Shown here in pieces: positions 34,763 to 64,000 of a stretch of 64,000 bases of DNA. A model generated the notes under the pieces. That model saw only the letters and a program-made list of their open reading frames with translations. It ran no database searches and was not told where the DNA came from. Origin of the DNA: Phoronis australis (lineage: Eukaryota; Animalia; Phoronida); the NCBI GenBank assembly GCA_002633005.1, contig NMRA01000854.1:39629-103628 (forward strand), in the 5' to 3' direction. The number at the start of each line of letters is the position of its first letter. Position 1 is the stretch's first letter. The position numbers and the translations under genes are program-made.

Positions 34763-37747
34763 GCAATTTTTGTGAAACACGATGCAATTCCAAGCCAAAT
34801 TTCCCCGCCACAGGCCACAATCAAAAGAACAAAAAATGTCCAAGTCATTTCAGTCAACACGATACATCGAGTTTTTCTCAGTCACCAGTTATGCATAACA
34901 CGTACTTTCATGAGTCTACCAAATAACAATCACACTAAAAGGACAAACAATGCAAAAAACACAATTATGTGTACCGAAACTTACTCTGTCTTTTCATTAT
35001 CAGCCATATTTGAACTTTGGTCTAAAAAATAAAACAAATCATGTTTTTATAAAGGTATGGATGACCAGTTACAGGATGGGACAGTGTATAAACAGACTAA
35101 GCACTAAAGGGCACTAGGTTTACAATGACCTAATTCGGTAATCAGGTAATAGTCAAATACGTGGGTCCCTAATTTATAAGTGATCTGTAGGTAAGAACAA
35201 GGTCTATTTGTGTAGATGTATATGTCTTCAAGCTACAATCTAACAATGACAACGGCCATCTGAAAAGAATAAAAGAATGTCTTAGCTAAGTAAAGCCCTG
35301 TAACTTGACAACTCCCATTGAATCACAGACACTCATTGAATAATGGATGAAACTGATTCTCTAATTCATGGTCCACCATATTTGATTAGTGTCCTCTCAG
35401 CGATAATTACCAGTTGTCAAAATCCATTGAAAGGCCACCAAAACTAACCCAACTATCGATCCCAAGGTACAACTGTTGGTAGCCCAACTGTCAACTAAGA
35501 CAGTGACCACTGTCTCTAGCTCACAAGAGACAGTATAGCTCCAGTAGGAACTTCATACGCCGGAGGCTTTTCGGAGAACTATGCCTCACACTGACTAAAA
35601 CATCAAAGTCACGTTGTTATAAATACCTTTTGCACACAGAGGGACACCTTAGGAGGTCGTCGATGTATTTAATTCCTTCCAAATTGAAATACTCCCGTTA
35701 TCAAACTTTTTCTATAAGCAGTCCCTCGTTCAATTCCCAAAATGGGAAACTCGCCACTTATAACACTGCGTGTGGCAGGTGGTATGACGTCATACACCCA
35801 GGCATGCGGCATAATTTGTCTGAAAGCTTCCAATGTATGAAGTTCCTATAGGAGCTACACCCTCTCTAGTCGGCTAGAGAGGGTGGTCACGACAGCAGAC
35901 CTTCACCCAGCGAACGTCCTGGGTGTCCAAATGGACGCCCTAGCACTAATCTGGACGCCCTGGCAAGGACGCCCAATGTATCACTTGAACGCCCACTGTC
36001 AATTGGAACTTTCCAAGTTTGGAAACACACATTGCAATGATTACTAGGAAGCCCAGGCACATAGCTGAAGGGAGAAGTGAGCTCACAGTGCTGTTTTTTT
36101 TTTCAAAGCAGGAAGAAATATACAAAGTATATACAGTGATGTCATGTTCAAACTTGGTTGATAGCATTTAGTATCCACCACTTTTCTTGCATTAGTAGTC
36201 AAGTTTCTTCCACTACTGGCTATGCTCCCAGTGGTCTTAGCTCCACAGTTCATTACTATATGTATATGTAGAGTTCAGCCTTAGTACAACTCCAAACTGG
36301 TGTTTCAGTGCTGTAATTTCATGATTTTCATCTTTCTTTTAAAAACATCAAAAGCGAAATGAATGTCACTATTTTAATACAGAATTGTGCCACAAGAATA
36401 TGCCCATTCAAATTTTTTGAGTTTGCGCCCATTTCATGCATTTCAATGTGAGTTTTAAGGTTTTAAGATGTAACAGCAGTGACACCTGTTTCCAAAATAT
36501 AAATCTCACATCATTATGCATTAATCTTGTTTTGTAACTGGAGCTCTGATGACTCATTTTACAGAATATTAAAGCTAGTTAAAATGATATGACAAACTTT
36601 ATAACATCACTTTGACTCGAAGTCACCAAAAACATAGTGTACTCGTTAAATCAATATCTCTAATATATGTTTGGTTAGCTACTTGGCTGTTCTCGTCAAT
36701 TTAGATGTATAAGTCCTGGTATACACATTTTTTTAGTAAAAAAGTTCACTAAAGAGGGCCGTTTCATAACCTTAGATGTAAAAACCTTGGTCTACGCATT
36801 TTTTGTAAAAAAACTCAGTCTGTGTGTGTGGAAGGATTGATGGTGAACGGTCGTAGGGGTGGGGGTAACGCGTCCCTTTGTGAGCAATAGGTATTTATAG
36901 CAATGTGACTGATGTTTTAGTCAGTGCACGGCATAATTCGCCGGCGAAAAGCTTCCGGCGTATGAAGCGCCTATAGGAGCTCCACCGTCCTACTATCTGT
37001 GCCAGTAATATGGTGGTCACTGTCTACTGCCCCCTAGGCCACCTAGCCTAGGCCTAGGGGGCACAATTCGAATATAATGGACCCTGATTTAGAAAACCAA
37101 GCAATCACTAAATAACAGCCCTGTTATTTAGTGGATGAAACTGGTTCTCTAAATCAGGGTCCATTATATAAGACTAGTGCCATTTGCCTGAATGAACGTA
37201 ACGACACACAGACATGATAAAACTATTGACTCACGCTTTGATGAATTGAACAGGAAAGAATGGCAAAATCTGCAGTGTGTTCAGACACTGGAAAGTGAAA
37301 ATCCTGAAAATAGGCAGCTGGCCAAGCAACGAAGTTAAACATAAATTACATCAGTTGAAATTCCAAGACTGTGCTTAGTACATTCACAAATACTGAAGTA
37401 GTCACGTGGAAAGTTAAACGTGGACTTGATTGCCGTGAAAACTTCGTGACATAAGACATTACCTCACTTTTTTCTGGCTTTGCGAATCAGTGAGCCGCGC
37501 CACACGAGGAAAGATGGCGGAATGCGTGTAAAACAGAAAGGGCCTCGGTCATTAGTTGAATTTACGCTCTACTTACACTGGTAGCCAATCAGAGCATACG
37601 TTACGTACAGCTTTGCATTTGGCGGGCACATTAAGGTCATATAAATAGGTCATATCGTCACAGCTGAGCGACACCAGTCTCGGTCGCCGGAGCGTTTCGA
37701 ACCGTGACTAGAACGTTACCGGCAGCAACTAGTGGCACGATATAGGG
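34763..37747. repeat. second near-identical copy of 30044-33571 (NAP1 promoter and first coding exon at 35007-34985); likely uncollapsed alternate haplotype
   Basis: Colinear near-identity with scattered substitutions and small indels, starting immediately after a single N. Lacks ~32136-32694 of copy 1 and lacks the Gypsy insertion. Confidence 0.9.
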
Positions 37748-40700
37748 TATAGTGAAAACGCGCATTTTAAAATGTGTCGATTATTGAGGGTGAAATTGAC
37801 ACATTTCGTTTCGCGACCAAAACCCGCTTTCATTGAAAACTGATGCGGAGTCCCGTGCCCGGTGAACTGCGGAACGTGGGTCAGGTGCCGCGGTATTTCA
37901 GTTTATCCGCCAGTTGCTCTCTTATTGAAAAAATCCACCAGCGACCAGCAAAATGATGAGGAGTCTGTTTTCAAAGTTAGCTTACCCTTGGCTTTGTGTG
38001 ACAGCTTTCCAAAATAATCGCATATCGAAAATTCAGACAGGCCCGGCCCGGTCCGCGCCGGCCCGCGAGCCGGCCGGCGGCGGGGTTTCGCGTCGCGGTG
38101 GTGCGCAAAGTAGAGTCGGTCTAGAGACCAACATCAATAATGATGTTTTACTTTGCTATGAGTTATCAACAATTTAGGAATTGAACCAGTGCGGTCTGGC
38201 GACTGAGTGGCAGGTCATGGTGCCGGACTGCGGCCGGGGCTGCCGTACGTGCCGGGGAGTGCGCCGGCGCTGCTCACACGGCAACTGCGGCACGTACGGC
38301 GGCGGATATTCCCTGGCATCGGATCCGACCGGCGGCGGGGCCGGGCTCAGTATAGCGCCGGAAAACAGTATTGAGCCTGGAACTACAGCGCGAAAGAAAA
38401 TCAAACGAATGAATAGGCAAGACAACACAATTTTTGAAATTGCTATTTTTTTGCTCTTGCTCGCCGGTCTCAGTTGCCTCGCCGTCATTCAGTAATTGAT
38501 CGAGACGGGTACTAACGACTAATTGTTGTGTCATGCCTGCAATTTTATTACAAATCGCAAATTCTGGCCGTTGTCTGTTAAACATTCCGCCAAGGTCCGA
38601 GGTGCCATCACCAAACGGAGTGGGATTCAACTGGTGTGCCCAAGGCCTTACTGGCCGCTGTGCTGTTCAAAATAAAAGTTAATTTAACGAGCCCCCCAAC
38701 TTAGCGAATTGGGCAAAAACGCTGACGTCCGCCTCAGCGAAACAAAAAGTTTGAGTAAACGAGACACAAGTCCACGAAATCCACAGGAATTCGGCGCGGA
38801 TGCACAATTTCTAGGCCTGAACCTAGTGTCCAAGTTTTTTTTCTCTTTTTTAGTCCTCCTTGATTTTTCTCAGTAAAAGATCCGCATACCGAAAGATTCG
38901 AGCCCCCATATATTTTAGGCCGAGTGCGCGCATGCTTTAAACAGCCTCTGTGTACGTATACGTAAATATATGGCCGAGGCCAGCTATTACCAGTTAGGGT
39001 GTTACCTGTGTACAGTAAGCATACCTTTTATCAAGATTTCCTCATACTCCGTGTTATAGACTTTTCTTTGCAGAGTTGATAAGATGACATTGAAAATAAC
39101 TAATTTAAAATATTTTCTTAACTTAAAATCACTGGCTGCCTCAAAAATCCAAACCTTGTTACTTGATTTCAGTGTGCAAATCATTAACATTGTGCCTGTT
39201 AAGGGTTCTTTATGAATGATAAGAGTGACTGCAATGAGCGAATGTTAGGGAGAGTGGTGCGGGATGGCTCCATGGTAAGGATTCTATTACTTGTGGTAAA
39301 GGTTTCTATCGTCATCCTAGTTGGTAAATTTCATTGTGATCTAAATTTGGTTGCATGTTCAATGACTTTATATTGCCAGAGGATGACACCTGACTGAGTT
39401 CAATACTGGACTTCCAACAGATAAAACACATAAACATTGGGCTATTACAGGGGTCCTGAATTTTTACAACCAGTTTTATTCAGCAGAGAAACTGGTTCTC
39501 AATATATGGGGCCACTGTAGGCAACCACTACCTGAATATTGAAATGTCATGAAATGCCACGATGATGGCAGATTTTTATGGTCATATTGATTCTGTGGAG
39601 ATTGTTAAGATACCTTTGTTAAGAAATGCATTATATTCTACGCAGGCAACAAGTATGGTTGATGTCATTCAGAAGCACAGGTAGGTACAAATCCAAGATA
39701 TACAAAGCTTGAGAATCTAACATTACATTCCATCATTACAATTAGTTGGTACAATTGTCTAAATAATAACACATTAATGATACACTACCGACCAAAATTA
39801 AATAAATTCAATCAACAGAAACGAGCACAGTATGAGATTTTAGTTGGTATCAAATAATTATTTTCACAAGCGAATAAATGTCTCACACTGACTTGACACG
39901 TCTCTTGGGGCTTGTTGCATCTAAGTGACACAATAACTGCATCTTTTCATAACTCTTGTACATTCAACTACTTTACAAACATCGTTAGCAAAACATAAAC
40001 AAGTACAATGCCAACGCAAAATCAAATTACAACGATACACCCAGTCACTAATGTACAAGAAGAAACCATCAATAACATAATTTTCTGAGATGAGATGACA
40101 TCTAATGGTACGTTTTAGCAACAGCATGCTAGGGTACACGTGGCGTCAAAACACAGAATGCTAAGTTTCCAGACAAAAAATGCCAGGATCGGATTCATCT
40201 GACACAAAAATGAGGTAAAATAAGATATAAATATACAGTAGGGTAGATATGTCGCCCAAATTGTGACGGGTACCACAACCTAGTATCTTCCAACATTTTA
40301 AAGACACGTAACAGGTCATTTGTATGGCTACCACACTAATGCTACTTATGTCCCCTATCTACCAGCAACATTCAAATACCATATGACTTGATGATGTTCA
40401 GGCATTAAGTTAACATCGAATACTAAAGGTCTCCATGATGTGTAGACAAACACTCACACAGGAAATTTATTCGTAAAACTTCTGTTCAGAATAACTCAAA
40501 AACGAACAATGAAAAAATCCCACTTCCCAGCTAAATGCATTTGCAACACACAGCTAAAACTGTTGGTGAAAGGCAATGCAAATGACTTGCTTTAAGCAAT
40601 ACAACAAAGAATTGCAGGCAAGTCGCACTGAGCAAGACCAGTAAATAGACTGTTTAGCAGTAATAATGTGACAATCGGCACAAACTATCGTCATCAACGT

Positions 40701-41237
40701 TCATAAGACAATATAAGTCAAAGGTAATAAGACTAAATTCCATTTACTCGTAATGACGGTTTGTTCCAGTTGCAGAAAACATGAAAGGCAACAAGTCATC
40801 ATTTCGGTAATATCCTAGCTATAGAATAGCATTTTCACCTAAATAATGTCCGTATACATTCATTGTCGTTCTTGGTCATGGCAAACAGCTACTGCGGCAG
40901 AATTTCGATTGCTCTCAGCCATTGAAACAAGAAATTCACAATCATTTATCCAATTATTTAACCCTTGCTTCATGTACTTGTCATGAAGAGGTGTAGCCTT
41001 CTACGACAATGCTTTTAAGTGACACTATCCTCAAGAACAAACTGTTTTTAGATACATCAAAGCCAAATTTACCCAGCTGTGTAGAAAAAAATGCCTTCGT
41101 ACAGCTCACAGAACAAAACGGTTTGCCAGCAGATAGATCTTCCTATTAGCAACTGGCAAGCTTGATCTCAGTTGGTAAAAGTACCAAGCATCGTCACTTG
41201 TGAACATGACCAAGTGCTATTACTTAGTGACTTCATC

Positions 41238-63251
<22,014 letters not shown>

Positions 63252-63571
63252 CGCACTGCCGTCCGTTTCTTCGGAAAACTATAAGAATGCAAGACAATAG
63301 AGAAGTGAATACACTGTTCTTTTTCTCACAGACGAACGGCCATGTTGAATCCGAAGTGAAACGAAGGTGGCGGGAAAACTTCGTACAGTTCCGTACAACG
63401 TCGAGCTAACGCCTAGGAATACGATAGATTTATTCTTTCGCAGATTCATCTTCTACATTTCTGATCATTCATGTGGAAAATTTTCGTTTTGAGACCCCCA
63501 TTTCTTTGAATAATGTAAATTTGCATGCAAGCTCAGTAATTGAAACAGTGGCTGTACATTAATCCCATAAA
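63252..63571. promoter_or_regulatory. bidirectional promoter between the TIF1-family gene (-) and UMPS (+)
   Basis: The divergent start codons are only 320 bp apart; includes E2F-like GGCGGGAAA at ~63369-63377. Confidence 0.65.
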
Positions 63572-63718
63572 ATGGCTGCGCCCATGGACCTCGAAGAGCT
63601 CGTGGTGAAATTGTTTGAAGTGGAAGCTGTTAAATTCGGCAACTTCACTTTGAAAAGTGGAATACAGTCACCAGTGTATTTTGACTTAAGGGTCATTGTG
63701 TCATACCCTCAGTTACTT
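63572..63718 (+). CDS. UMPS: UMP synthase (OPRTase N-terminus), first coding exon; gene continues beyond the window
   Basis: [49 protein letters not shown]|gtaagt contains the orotate phosphoribosyltransferase motif KFGxFTLKSGxxSPxYxDLR, followed by a phase-0 donor. Confidence 0.93.
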
Positions 63719-63924
63719 GTAAGTGTTTAGTTCCCCGTAAACTATTGTTGCAGTCAATGTACCAGTTCACACAGAGTCACAGACAGACAATGACAGTGTG
63801 TAGAGTCATTCACTCTACACACAGGCGTCCTCAGCTTCTGATCGTTCCCAATACACTACATATAATACTACAAGGTATGACACTCCCGACTAGAAATTCC
63901 ACGGGTGCTTCACTTCAGCTGTCC

Positions 63925-64000
63925 CAGGGCTCGACGCTATTAAAATCGCCAGGTCGCATTTTGCGACCTAGCCAAAATCCCAGGTCGCATTTTCAAAATC
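63925..64000 (+). mobile_element. hAT-like transposon end, identical (inverted) to 59938-60013
   Basis: cagggctcgacgctattaaaatcgccaggtcgcattttgcgacc... is the exact reverse complement of 59938-60013. CAGGG terminus with subterminal gcgacct repeats. Confidence 0.75.

Noticed and set aside
34763-34843. N-terminus of the 310-aa integrase ORF
   Set aside because: This sequence belongs to the duplicated NAP1 intron across the N join, so the ORF is chimeric.

Overview
Eukaryotic, intron-rich, AT-rich animal genomic DNA (invertebrate-like; species cannot be determined from sequence alone). I reconstructed five protein-coding genes from splice sites and reading-frame phase: METTL1 (-, first two coding exons, continuing off the left edge), MFSD5 (+, single coding exon), a complete NAP1-like gene (-, 12 coding exons, ending in CKQQ), a TIF1/TRIM33-TRIM24-family gene (-, RING-Bbox-Bbox-coiled coil-PHD-bromo) and the first exon of UMPS (+). 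There are two head-to-head gene pairs. Introns carry many non-autonomous mobile elements. The most notable is a complete 524-bp miniature LTR retroelement (TRIM) whose LTRs carry a tRNA-like Pol III promoter (5381-5904). Two inverted copies of a DNA-transposon-like element bracket the METTL1 start-codon exon. A Ty3/Gypsy insertion lies just upstream of the NAP1 promoter in only one of two side-by-side, haplotype-like copies. Two near-identical duplications joined at single N bases (34762, 55225) are probably uncollapsed haplotypes or assembly artefacts. There is a gap of about 975 N at 49760-50734. No CRISPR or prokaryotic system is present.
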